Positions 13,928-26,400 of a stretch of 64,000 bases of DNA are shown in pieces. Position numbers and translations under genes: made by a program. Location of the stretch: assembly GCA_050084515.1 (NCBI GenBank), contig CM114271.1:15686001-15750000 (forward strand), given 5' to 3'. The stretch's first letter is position 1. Every line of letters starts with the position of its first letter. The stretch comes from Blasia pusilla. Taxonomy: Eukaryota. Under the pieces are notes generated by a model. The model worked only from the letters and a program-made list of their open reading frames with translations, ran no database searches and was not told the DNA's origin.

Positions 13928-15591
13928 ATGAAGTGTGACGATTTGCCACAACCGATTTTGAGATTTACTAATTGATTGCATAAAGGTTCAAAGTCACTTG
14001 AGCATTTGGTATTTGGTTTAGCTTGACTTTCGGGAGAGGCTAGCTAAGTCGAATCTTGCCAATGAGTTGAGGTTGGAATGACCACCTAAAGCCCCATATG
14101 TTTTCGAGTTTCCTCCCTAGTTGAGAAAGTTGCAACATTCTCGTGCCTCTTATACTAATAAAGAAAAATCATTTTCATCTTGAATTAAAATATATAAATG
14201 GCAACTTGTTATAAAATGATCAAAGAAGAGAGAGAAACATATAGTTTAAGAGGAGGGTAGTTCATTCTCATGCGGATTTATTGTTTTTCTAATCAAAAGA
14301 CAATAAATCAACATGGGAAAGAGGTTATGGTGCATGGCCTAACCATAGCCCCATTATTACGGCACTAGTTGGTGCCCGTGCTCAACACAAGTGAAAGAAG
14401 AGCCCTCCAAAGAGAGATCCCCGATCTCCATCTTCCATGCTTTAAGAGAGGACATGTGTCATAAACAAATGCCACCTAAAAGGACAAGTGTCAAGCATAG
14501 AAATTTTGTTGTTGAAACCATGTCACCAATAATATTATAGATGAAAGAGGGAAAATTTGTTGTAGAATGAAAGGGAGTACCCTCTTTCCTTTGTAACAAT
14601 TTTATAGTTGAAAAATGAAAAAAGATTAAGGAAAATTCTGAATTAAAAATCTTGAGCATGAGGGGGGAATTGAGCCATCCTCGTAGAATAACTAACCCTT
14701 TCAGATTAGCCTCTAAGTGTTGAGAAAGACTCCAGGACTTCACGGTTTTTGTAGATAGGAAAGACCCCGTACTATCCTCCTATCCCAAACACAGTATCAA
14801 CACCGAAACACATATGGAGCTTTGCAGATCTTCAACACTAACAACATATGAAAAAGTGTCTGCGTTTAGTCGATAGTCAACCATTATAGGTCTAGAGGAT
14901 CCCTAGCAAGACCTAAGAGTTGGAGAACTGGCCACCTTGAACATGTCGATGCAGTCGCATATATAGAATTTATATTATTATGGGAAAGTGCTTTTTTAAT
15001 TTGCAAACACCTCTTTGCTTGACATGTGGCAATCGAACAAAAAAAAATTTTCCCGTCTCTAAAATAAAAGGCAGAAAAAAAGAATTTTATGTGCAACAAG
15101 ATTAGTCTCTTCACTTCTAATGCTCATGGGTTGTAAAAATGATGGATAATTTGAAACAAAGGGGTAATACGATTTCTATTGGTCGAAAACGACAGGGATG
15201 AGGCTGGAGAGAGAGAGAGGCATTATGAGGCTAGAGGAAAACAACTTTAAATAATGGTGTAGATGTCAGATCTTTCGGAAAGTGCCGGTTTGCCCGGCGG
15301 GCAGGGGACTTGGTGTGTACTGCGACACGTAAGTATCATGGCGAATCCAACCTCACAATTTTCTTCACAATGCGACTATCCGGGAGCCTCTGAAGCAGAT
15401 TACTCTTGAAGAGATACCCTTGCCTTACATGAATACGGCACTTCATCGATCGAAGCTTCTAGGGAAGCTTCTAGTCGTGTGAGTCGGCAGCAACAGTAGT
15501 GCTGTGTTCGCAGACGAGGTACGAGTCCATACCATTGGAGCTGTGAATGTTGCGACTCTCTAAGGATGGAAGACGGTAGGAGGACACCAAG

Positions 15592-16803
15592 TTAAGCCAT
15601 GGCGCTTAATCTCGGCTCAAAGGCAATCCCATGAATTAACCGCTCCTGAGCCAAAGAGCACGGAGGCAATCTTCGCCACAACTTCTTGGCCAAATCATAC
15701 AGCACCGCAAGCCGAATCCGGCGGTACCTGACGACGTACAAAAGTACTAGGTCGCTGTATCCTACGCAACGGAAATCGCTCCCATACCGAAGGAATTGCT
15801 CGCATAATAGCCTCGGCATGCGATCTACCTTCACCCACTCCATGTTCCCCCACTGGAACTCCAGCACGTAGATCCCTTTCGTCACGTTGTCTTTGTTTAG
15901 GCCTCCGACCATGAAGAGCTGTCCATCACATTCTACGAGCCTGTGCCCTTCAAAGAACCTGGGCATACGAGCATAAATTTGTGTCCAGCAAGCCGATGCG
16001 ACATCGTAAGCCACTAGTGCATCGGAAACATAGCACCACGAGTACAGAATTCCATTGCAAGGGACTGCGAGGGAGTGGTAAGATCCAGGAGGCATTCCAC
16101 CGGTGGTCTTCCAGTGATCACATGTAGAAGTGAAAACCTCAGTAGTAGGTCTTAAGCGACAGGTTTCTCTCGGATTTCTACCACTTGGAGGTATCCTGCG
16201 GAGACCTGAGACCACCACATGGTAGACGCTTCTTTCGTTTTCGAGAAGAATTCCCACTGCGTAGAGTGGCAAGATCTCTACCATGGGTGGCAGCTCCCGC
16301 CACGAATTCGTGAGAGGATTACAGACGACGAGTGTCATTGTTCCCAGAGCATTAAACCTGGATATGAAGCAGACCAAACCTTTGGCTGCAGCACAAGGAT
16401 ACATCGATTCATAAGGAGGCAGATATGAGAAGAGAGGGATGCGATGCCACTTGTTCGTGGTGTGATCATGGGTTATGCCGTTCCTGTAGTCGCCTCGGGT
16501 GAATAACAGGAACCAGGGACCAACATTGGGAGCTTCAGAACAGGCTCTGAGAAATCCCTGATTGCTCAAAAGATTGTTCCATCGCCTGCACACCGCCCGC
16601 AGGCGGAAAAGGTCGGAAATCGGCAGCCGAGAAATGATCTTTTCGACGATGGAATCAGGCAACTCGCTCCACACAGATGCATCCAATTCTAGTTGAGGTG
16701 TTACGTAAGATTGTCTAGGGAGTAGACAAGCATCACCGCTCACACTAAGCCCTGCAAATTCGTTCGAAAGTTGTCCGAGGTTCAGGCCCGTCGTATTCGC
16801 CAT
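15592..16803 (-). CDS. F-box/kelch-repeat-like protein (intronless, ~403 aa from the first ATG)
   Basis: F-box WSELPDSIVEKIISRLPISDLFRLRAVCRRWN, then beta-propeller motifs (GLVCF, VCNPLTNSWRELPPM, RLVECDGQLFMVGG) and C-terminal AFEPRL, typical of plant F-box/kelch proteins. First ATG at 16801-16803. Confidence 0.92.
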   Translation of the reverse strand: MANTTGLNLGQLSNEFAGLSVSGDACLLPRQSYVTPQLELDASVWSELPDSIVEKIISRLPISDLFRLRAVCRRWNNLLSNQGFLRACSEAPNVGPWFLLFTRGDYRNGITHDHTTNKWHRIPLFSYLPPYESMYPCAAAKGLVCFISRFNALGTMTLVVCNPLTNSWRELPPMVEILPLYAVGILLENERSVYHVVVSGLRRIPPSGRNPRETCRLRPTTEVFTSTCDHWKTTGGMPPGSYHSLAVPCNGILYSWCYVSDALVAYDVASACWTQIYARMPRFFEGHRLVECDGQLFMVGGLNKDNVTKGIYVLEFQWGNMEWVKVDRMPRLLCEQFLRYGSDFRCVGYSDLVLLYVVRYRRIRLAVLYDLAKKLWRRLPPCSLAQERLIHGIAFEPRLSAMA

Positions 16804-17858
16804 TTCGGTAATGCGTGTCTCTTGACCGTACACCGCAGTTCTGAATTTTCCCTCTGCAGTTTACGGAGGGATTCCTCCCCAACCCTAACAGTCGACCACG
16901 ATAACCTTCTCAACTGATAAGTATTGATGTCAGATTCGTCGCATACGGGAGGCAACGGAAACGTTACGACTGCGCAATGCGAATGCGTTCTCCCTCGCTG
17001 TCATTCCACATCTATTCTAGATCCAGTTTCTTGCTTTAACAGGTGACGTTCAAATGCGTATGATGAAGTTCGTGGCTTACAACAGGTCTACCATGTCTGT
17101 CCGTGGATAAGCTGGTTACCATTGGAAATTTTCGACATACGGAAGGTTCCATTTCTCTGGGAACGAGGCGGTGAGTAGTTGTTGTGCAAGTCTTAAGAGC
17201 AAGTCTTCCGCAAAGTGGAAACCCTCTCAACCGAACTTCATCATACGAAATTGCAAATTGAGTTGGAACCCAAGCGAAGTGCAAAATGTACCGGCCGATC
17301 CAGATTTTGTCCCCATGAAACTCTGCGAAACTGGGATTACGATCGGCCGTTGATAAACCGAGATTGTTTCGTTTAGAGCGTTTATCACGAGCTTAATCTC
17401 TCCCTTTCCTACAACAGAAAGATTGGAAACTCCTACACTTGAACTCCCGGTAAAATTCCACCATAATCTGGCAACTGGGACCAAATCTGCGGCTTTCTTG
17501 GAACCACATGCGGCATTCTTCTTCAGCACCGAGTAACGATCATTAATTACATTTGGGCCCACCTTTTTGGACCGGATTAGGAGTCACGGGACCACGCCGC
17601 ATCAACCGTTCGCTTTCCCGTTGCATCTGCAGTGGCGGCTTGCTTAATTGCAAATATCTCCACCCGCCTTTGCTTCGCCTGCTCATCTGACGCGTTGGAA
17701 TTCTTCGATTGCGAGCAGACAATAATTTTTTTAAACTCTCCTACCCTCCATTGGCATATTTAGGGAGACAGGTTCATGTCCAGAAGTTTCAACGGTAAGG
17801 GAACAGAAAGAGACCCACCCTCGTCATGGCGACGAAAAGCTCGCTGGTTGCAGGAATC

Positions 17859-17951
17859 GCCACGTGGCTAAAATATAGATACTCTGGAAGAGACGTGTCA
17901 AGTGTAGATACTCTGGAAGAGACGTGTCTGGAAGGGACTCTGGCACGTGGC
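17859..17951. promoter_or_regulatory. Cluster of G-box/ABRE-like motifs with a 22-bp direct repeat
   Basis: GCCACGTGGC at 17859, GATACTCTGGAAGAGACGTGTC twice (29-bp period), GCACGTGGC at ~17943. Lies between the divergent F-box and transporter genes. Confidence 0.4.
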
Positions 17952-18989
17952 TCTTTTCCATGGCTCCGAGTTTCAAGGACCTTCGATGCGATGATAGGTC
18001 GCTTGGAAGTCAAATATCGGTGTCGATCTTCCGCGGTTTGCGGTACTCTACTTACCAACAACAACAGCGCACAAACTGTACAGCCTATCTGAACTTTTGA
18101 AGACACGTTGCTAACTCCAGTTGATGGAAAACATGTCCGAGAGCAGTAAACACCGTGACAGCCATGCCATAACATTAGCAAGTACCTTCAAACTTTCAAA
18201 GTGTCCAATACAGTGCACTATCCATCTCGGGTGCAATGCCACGTGCAGGAAATGCAAGCGTCTCCGAAGAAAATAATATTTGAAGCAGGGAAGAGGTAAG
18301 GAGAAACAGAAACTGTGGAATCGTCATTGCAGTTGCGCGGAGGAATCATCTCGTATGGCATTAGCTCGAGGGTATCAGCTTCTCGCATCTGGAGTTGGGC
18401 GAGAGAGAGTGGTTGATCACAGATGGAGCTCGTCTTGTTCGTATGAAATTCGTGTTCGCAATGGCAACAGTGGGGCATTTCCGCCACTGGGCAGACGTTT
18501 GTCAATTCCTGGCAAGCGTGGAACATGGGGATTTGGTGGTGACAGAAACGGTCTGCTTCCGCGAAAGGTCCAATCGCAAGAAGAATCGGAGTCTTCCGAC
18601 ACGGGTACGATTTCTTCTTGACATTTCAGCTGCTTCCGTTTTATCTGTTACTTGTCAAACAGAAAGCATTTCGTGATGAGAGTTTTCTGTGTCACTGCTC
18701 CCATTCATGACGAATCGGATGTTCATTTCCCTGGGAGGAATTGTGTCACCTTGAAGATAAAGAGAGAGATATTTGACTTCTTTTTAATCCACACGGAAAC
18801 CTACAGGCCCGTGGGGATCCATTAATGGGATCGCATCTTTTGAGCACCTTCACATTTCAAGCGTCTAGGCTTTACGAAGGAGATTTTATTTCATTTATTC
18901 TCATCCTTTTTCTTTCTAGATATTTTCTGGATTTCAACTTCAATCCGAAGCATGGGGAAAGTTGGCACTAATGCTGGGCCTAATGTTTC

Positions 18990-20050
18990 AATAACATTGA
19001 TTAGAAGATCGCCTTGGGAGAATCATATGGGGTTGTGTGATAGACATTCTGATACAAAACTAACTACTTACCACAATCTTCACAGTAAACCCAAAGCTCT
19101 TCAAGTTAAAAATTCAATGAAAGTGTCTAATGCAAGGAGATTCCCCCCCAGATTACCAATGCACACCTTACTGTCCCCTACATCTTGGAAGTCCTCAATT
19201 CACCATTTTTCGATCACTCTCTTAATTTTCTGGTCGGGAAGGGTACTTGAGCTTCTACTGTAACTTTGTCAAGACCAAGGAATGACCAGATCTTCCAATA
19301 TTTGTGGCAGTAGGAATTCCCCCTCCGCCTTTTGGAGGCGAATTTGTGGAAGTAGATTTGTTGAAGATTAGGTTTAAGAACTTGTGTGATTGAGACCTCG
19401 GAAACAAGGCTTGTGAGTGGATGTGCTTCACCCAATCAAGTAGTTCACCACTGATGGTGAGGTTTCTGTTCTGGATTCAGAATATCCAATAGATTTATGT
19501 TGACCCGAGTCTTCAATAATGAAATGCCATTGCTGATTGCCAGACAATGGGTTGAGCAGAGTTTGAGCAGTCTGTCTCCTCTATCAATCTTCTCTGAATC
19601 CTGTGATCTACGTTGGAGGTGTGGGTGGAATTCCTCCATGGGAGACCAATCCAAGGTTTATCTTGCGTGTCATGGGGCCTCCATAGCGTGGTTGACTGGT
19701 TGCTAACCACTCTCCCATTGAAATCTTCCACCAAGAGGACGTCTCTTCTGGAGGAAGTTTTCTCAACAGGATTAAACGGTCTCGTAAGGGGAAGCTTCCT
19801 CGAGTACAATAGGGCTGCAATAGCAAATTTTTATGCACACATCTTTTGGTAATCCCGCCTATTTTCGCATCTTGATTCGGAAGAAATTTGTGTCTTTTGT
19901 CGATATCAGCCATGGAGGCAAAGTGATGTAACCTTGGTCCCACCAGGCACGCTAAACCCTTATTCGTTTTGTTGTTGTTATTCTCACTCCTCGGCATTGG
20001 AATGTTGGATACCTGTAGGTATCGTGTCCATAAAATCAGGCCTAGATTTT
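18990..20050 (-). mobile_element. Degenerate LINE fragment (APE endonuclease region)
   Basis: Frameshifted ORFs read KGLACLV..., VLLVEDFNGRV (GDFN motif) and RRSQD..DRGDRLLKLC..LAISNG. Confidence 0.6.
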
Positions 20051-20416
20051 TGCCCCAGTATTTTATGCCATTTCCTCCTTTAATTCATTACGAACAACCA
20101 CAATCATGGAAAACTGTGGGAATGGACAGGCTAGTACCTTGGTCCTTTCCATCCACAATTCCGAACGGAAATGTCTTATGGGAGGAGCTCATCATCTCCT
20201 GACGGTTCCTGATGTGAGTAGTTAAGCCTAAGGTGAATCAGTAGTTTCCCCTCACTGATTTGCTTGCATGATTTGGTACTTGGTCCGGGGAATCGCTTTG
20301 AGTTTCTTGGTTACACTTCGGAGCATCCATTCTAGGTGAAGGTATGGTAGTTCTCCACTAATTGAGTTTTCACTTACGGGTTCATCCGCATGCTTGGGTA
20401 CTTTGTGGGTTGGGGC

Positions 20417-23400
20417 ATGGCGTGTAGTTTTTTGGTTACTCTCTCCAGCATCTTTCATAGATTGCAGCAGTCCCTTCACAAGAAATCCTCTCGACAAGCA
20501 GGACAGACTTTTTTCCACTTTGCTGGAAGTTATGTCCGTTGCCTGAGAGCCCAGTTTAGAATGCGGATGGGTGATCCTTTCAGAGCATCTGTGCTCAAGG
20601 ATTGCTAGCCTTGCCTCCTGGGCTGCAGTTAGAGGTCTCAAATTATACATTGGACCGCCTACCCTTTCTTGCCTTGCTAGACTGCGAGAGAGTGCAGTGG
20701 GCGTTGATCTGAGTTGGAAATCACATGCGTTGAGAGCAAATGTGGCGTTCTGGTTGTGAACAGAAAAATCGCTGATTTCAAAGACCGACGTGAACCAACC
20801 AACTGAGGCAGCGGGTACTGAAGATGACCTGGATTTTTCATGGCTACCTGCGTTTCCACATGTCGTCACCGCCGCTATGGCCAATTTCATGTTTGGATAT
20901 CACATTGGGTCTGGTTTTCCTTCCTTCCGCAATCCTCGCATAGTTCATGGAGTTGTCTCTGTCCCTTCCCACACTGAACTTCTTGCTTGGTGAGAGGTGT
21001 TTCACAGGGAGGATCCTCTTCTAACACATCTTAAAGTAGAGGGATGATAGTGGACTGGTTGCATCTGGTGTATCCATCTCATCTCTGAAAGGTTTTTCCT
21101 GCGTACAGAATTATAAACGGACCTCTAGATTCAATTGCGAGGGAGTTGAACTTTGAAGGCGATACCATACTGGAGGGATTGGTCGTCAGCATCTTCATCG
21201 TAGGGGCTTTTGTGGGTAGCATTAGTGGCGGTGTGCTATCTGATGCAGTTGGTCGGAGGCGGACATTCCAAATCTGTGCCATTCCTCTTGTTGTGGGGGC
21301 CGCGTTAAGGTGCTCAGTGATAACTGTTCTCCCATTTTTGTGTCTAATTCGAGAAGCAGAACCATCTATCGAGACTTCAGAGATTGTGGTCGATTCGATA
21401 GTTAGCGTCCTACATGTGGAGTCTCTACTCTCCCTTCCATTGATGTTTCGTATGACACTTGTCGGAGTATGGTAGAAATACTAGGTAGCTAGATAAGTTT
21501 CCTGACATGTTACGATTACTGTGCATTCTTCAGTGCTTCTGCCGAGTCCCTTGACGCAATGATTCTTGGACGTTTTTGGGTGGGAATTGGCATCGGTGTG
21601 AACACTGCTCTAGTTCCTCTTTACATATCTGAGGTGGTCCCTCTCTTTTCTGTGTTCAATTGGCTCTCTTGGATGCAGTTATACTCTCTTTTGCTCTCAT
21701 TTTGATTATACTGATTAGACTCTTGCAGAAGCCTCGAAATTCCATGGGGATTCGCTCACAAACAGTATCAAAGTCTGACGTTACAGAAAATGGGTTGGGG
21801 CTATCTGGAAATGACGGAACAGATCGTCTAAAGCTTCTATTCCTTCTCTGAATATATCCTTGTACCGACAAAAAAATCGTACAGGTGGCACCCACAAAGT
21901 ATAGAGGAGCGTTGGGAAGTATTTGTCAGATTGGCACATGCACGGGGATCATAGCAGCTTTGATTTTTGGCATTCCAGCTGAGACAGATCCGCACTGGTA
22001 CGATTCGGAACCCCACTTCATAATGTCAGATTTGGGAGTTTGGGAGGGACACCTCAAATAGATTGACCAACTGGAGACTGAGAAAATCGAAGTCTCGAAG
22101 TGATGACACTTCATGCCCGTCTCCCAACCTCCGTTGAACTGGAGTCATTTCCATTCCTGCTTGATGACCAGAAAATTAGACGGTGCCTGAAATCAAAGAT
22201 TATGCTGAGAAACATCTGTTATTAAAGCAGGATGGGACTGGAATCTGTGGACCTTGTCGTGTTTGAGATGCATATGATCTATCGAATACCAAAGTCCGAG
22301 CTGAAACCAAACCCCAGGGTCCCAAGTGAAGAAATTAACACTGCGAGTCAACAATCGAGCACCAATGTAGAATGGATTGCTCTAGGCCCTTGTTTTTGAA
22401 ATCATTCTCAAATTAGACTTCAGTACCAAGGATTGCTAATGTGCATAAGTCTTTTCACATGTACGTGTGTCTAATATACGTATGTCTTTGCCCATTTCAT
22501 TTCCAGGTGGCGCACTATGTTCTGGGTGGCAACTATCCCCGGGCTTCTGCTTATTGGTGGGATGCAGTTTGCAGTTGAGAGCCCACGTTGGCTAGGCAAA
22601 GTGAGCGGAGCAAATGTTCAACCGTGGATGGTGCAATAAAGTGGATGTTGCACCTGTCCCATGTCATCTTTTGTTTGTAGGTCTTCTGCAACATGTATTT
22701 AAACACTGTCGTGGTTGTTTGTGGCCTGGGTAGGCGGGGAAATGGGATGAGGCGAGCTCCACCATTGAGAAGCTGTGGGGAAAGGAAAATGTTGAACTGG
22801 CAATGGGGGAGCTGAGAGATGTCAATAGTCTTCAAGAAGAAGAAGCTTCATGGTCTGAGCTACTTACTAAGCGCTACTCGAAAGGTCTGATGGATCACTC
22901 TTTTTGTGCATCCGTAGGAATATTGTCAACACAACTGGAGGTTGATGCTGAAAACAGGCCCATTCTACTCAAGTGATGGACTCGAAAGATGAGAAACGCA
23001 TGTACCCAGTCAGATGTAAACTTGATATTAGAGTTGTATGCATCCTAAAAAATAACAGACACTCTATGCAGCCAAGGTAAGGCTAAGATTTTACGTGTGA
23101 TTGCTGACTACCCTAGCCAGAAAAGATCTCACAATTTGTGTGTCTAGCCACTCTAATTTTTTCAAAGACTTAATATTTCAGTGAAACTGAGACTTTGTCC
23201 TCACTCTATGGTTTTTAACCTGTTGTGTATGTGAAGTTGCTGGGATAGGAAGTGCACTGTTTGCACTACAACAATTTGCAGGAATTAATGGCGTCCTCTA
23301 CTTTTCTTCATCGAGCTTCCAGGATGCAGGAATCACAAACGGCATAGCCGCTAGTGCAGCTGTGGGTTTTGCGAATCTTATAGGTAATTTAGATAGTATT

Positions 23401-26400
23401 TCTGCTTAATTTTCAAGTGATGTTGGTAAATGTATTGTGGTTGTAGCTTCTGGGCTTCCTCGTCCAATACATGTGCTGTACCAAACTTTTTTCTTTTAGA
23501 AAGATTTTATTATCAAAGCTTCGATAATAAAATGTTTCCGAGAAGATATCGCCCCCACCCGCCCCTGAGCTATTTCAGGAATTCAAAGGCATGTACGTTT
23601 GGGAAACCGAAGTATGTGATCAGCCTCGAATTCGGTCAGTCATAAAATCCGAGATTTGGACGGTAAAGCTCTGCGGTCCGCATGCTGGGGATGAACTTTC
23701 ATACGAATCCTCCTTAGGACAACCTGATTTAAATAGCTGATCCTTACATTGGGCAAGGGTCCTGGCCTAAGGGAACTAGCGATGGGTACAAGATTGTTCT
23801 GCCTACTATGCCCGAAGTTTGGCTAATATTTGGAATAATCTAAGGCCTTCCTCTTAAAAGAATCTGCTTGATGGAGAATCCAAGCCTAAACGTTTGAAAT
23901 CTGGTCCGCGAAAGGTTCGTTGAAGTGAATGATGGCAAGAGACACAAATGGAAGGGGCCCAAGTGCTTCCTGTAGACTAGATCCTGAAATAAAATGTCCT
24001 TGAAATTTAAACGACTCAACAGTATCTCATAGATTTGTTGTCTATGCAGGGGCCCTTGTTGCTTCATCTCTTATGGATACTCAGGGGAGACGCAGACTAC
24101 TTATGGGAAGCTATACTGGCATGGTAAGTTTAAACATTTCCTAATGATTTAACGTTCGACTAATATGTTACATGCTTAAAATCTATTGGAAATAAATCAA
24201 TAAAGCCAGCTCCTGAATTAGCACTTGTAATTCTCGAGTCTCGAGCTGTGATATAGGATAGGCTGGCAATGAGGGCTGAACTGCTGTAATTAATGGGTGA
24301 CAGATATTGTGTAATAAATGAATAGACTAAGCTGTGAATCGGACAAGACTAAGAAAGAAGAATAACTAGCAACTGTAGCGAATATTGTCTGCAGCGTTGA
24401 ACTCATCAGATAAGATACTTGATTTATTTGGAAATTACAGATTGTAAATTAAACAGACTGTACTCATTAAGTAGTGCCTGTTGTAGCCTTGCGACCATAG
24501 ATCCCGCGCCCTGGTTGGACGGTGCTTGAGACTGGGATGGGTGTAGAGAGAAGAACTGAAGAAAGTACCATATGAGAGGAGGGAGACACTCTCATATAGT
24601 GTGAGTGCTGACCAAACAAGGTGTTTGTGCGGAGCTTCCAAGTGTCAACCAAGAAACTCTTCACCACACCATCTAGTTTACCTGATTGGCATTCCCAATA
24701 GACATTACTTACCAGTGCAGCAGCTTTGGGCAATGAATAATTTAAACAGAGATGTGTTTTTACTAAACAGAATGCAACTCTTGTCCGTCTATACTATTAA
24801 AACACCACGGATCTTCCTGCAGGAGGAAAGAACTTCCTTTCCTCTCTTCCGTTCCCCTTATAAAATTGATGACGATTCACGTCTTTTTTGTCCTTTTTGG
24901 GACACTTTATCAATCTATTAAGATTATTGGGTGGAAGTTTACCTGTGCATCGCACTGTTATGCATCTACTAGTACAGCCAGACCTCATTACCAATCATAC
25001 CTTTTACTTTTCGCATACAATGAACCAGCAGTCAACCACTAGTGTCCTGTATATCTATCTCTCATGTGTCAATAAAGGTAGTTCATTGGTTTGTAGCATG
25101 GCTGTATTGATTTCTTACAATCCCACTCAGTGACTACCTCCATTTACAGTAGCCCTGTGAATATTTTATCTTCTCTGGAGTCAATCCCCTTGTAAAAAAC
25201 ATGCCACCATTTTATTTGTTTTAGTACGTTGTGACACAAATGAAAAAGGAGTCTAATGTTGGCTATGGTTTATAAAAGAAAAACAGGAGTAAACAAATAC
25301 TGACTTTGATTACAGAGCTAATTTGTTTCTCCAAGCTCCAAGAAGTTACAGCAGATTACAGATACATGGAATAGCTTCACAGACGTCAAATAGGAAAGGA
25401 AACTCTGTACTTACAAAAACATGAGAGAGATCTGATTGATCTACTACTCATAAACTTCCTCCCTATAGGAAGAAGAGAATCTCTACACTATTGATGCCTT
25501 TTCAAGCAGCACACTATCTCCTCCAGCAGCAGGTCCTCCAAAACATCAACTCCTTCTATCACAATAGGTCAGCCACCCAAGCTGAGGGGCAGCAATACTG
25601 AAGTTCGCAGGTCCAGGAGCTGGGAATAGTAGAGAAGAGAATAAGAGTGCTCTGGTAAGCCTCTTGCTCTTATAGGATAGCCCCTGGCTATCTTAAACCC
25701 TAAAAGTCTTTAACTAAGGCTAAAGGAGGCTATTATGAAACCCTAAAGGTTTTTAACTAAGACTGAAAAAGCTATTGCGAAAACCTATAGGTAATAAACC
25801 TAAAAATAGAATTTTACCTATAGATAGAAAAAGCAACTTTTCATAGTAAAAAACAGATTTTTTTGCTCCTGATCTTACAGTTGCAATTTCAACACTCCCA
25901 CTCAACGTGAGCTCAGGTGTATTCCAATTAACTCCATGCACCTTAGGTGTTTAACCTTGGTGAGAGATTTTGTGAACACGTCAGCTGCCATGTCCTCTGT
26001 TGCACAGTGTTCTAATTCAATTTCCACTCCAACCTTTTCCCGTATAAAGTGATGTTGTATATCAATGTGCTTTGTCCTCGCATGGTGTATCGGATTCTTG
26101 GTTAGATCAATACTGCCCCGATTATCAGCATACACTTTTGTAGGTCTTGCTTGATGGCATCCAAAACCATCAAGGAGGCGTCTAAGCCATATTGCCTCCT
26201 TGGCAGCATGTGTTAGGGCCATGTATTCTGCTTCACATGTGGAAAGTGCTACGGTGGATTGTCTCTTGCTGCTCCAACTAATAGCTCCTCCACACAGCAA
26301 GTAGCAATATGCAGAAGTAGATTGTCTATTGTCTAGATCTCCTGCCCAATCGGCGTCACTGTAACCAATTAGATCTACTTCTGCCTCTTTGATATATGTG

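Noticed and set aside
20252-20890. 212-aa minus-strand ORF
   Set aside because: Antisense shadow of transporter exons 1-2 with no recognisable motifs.
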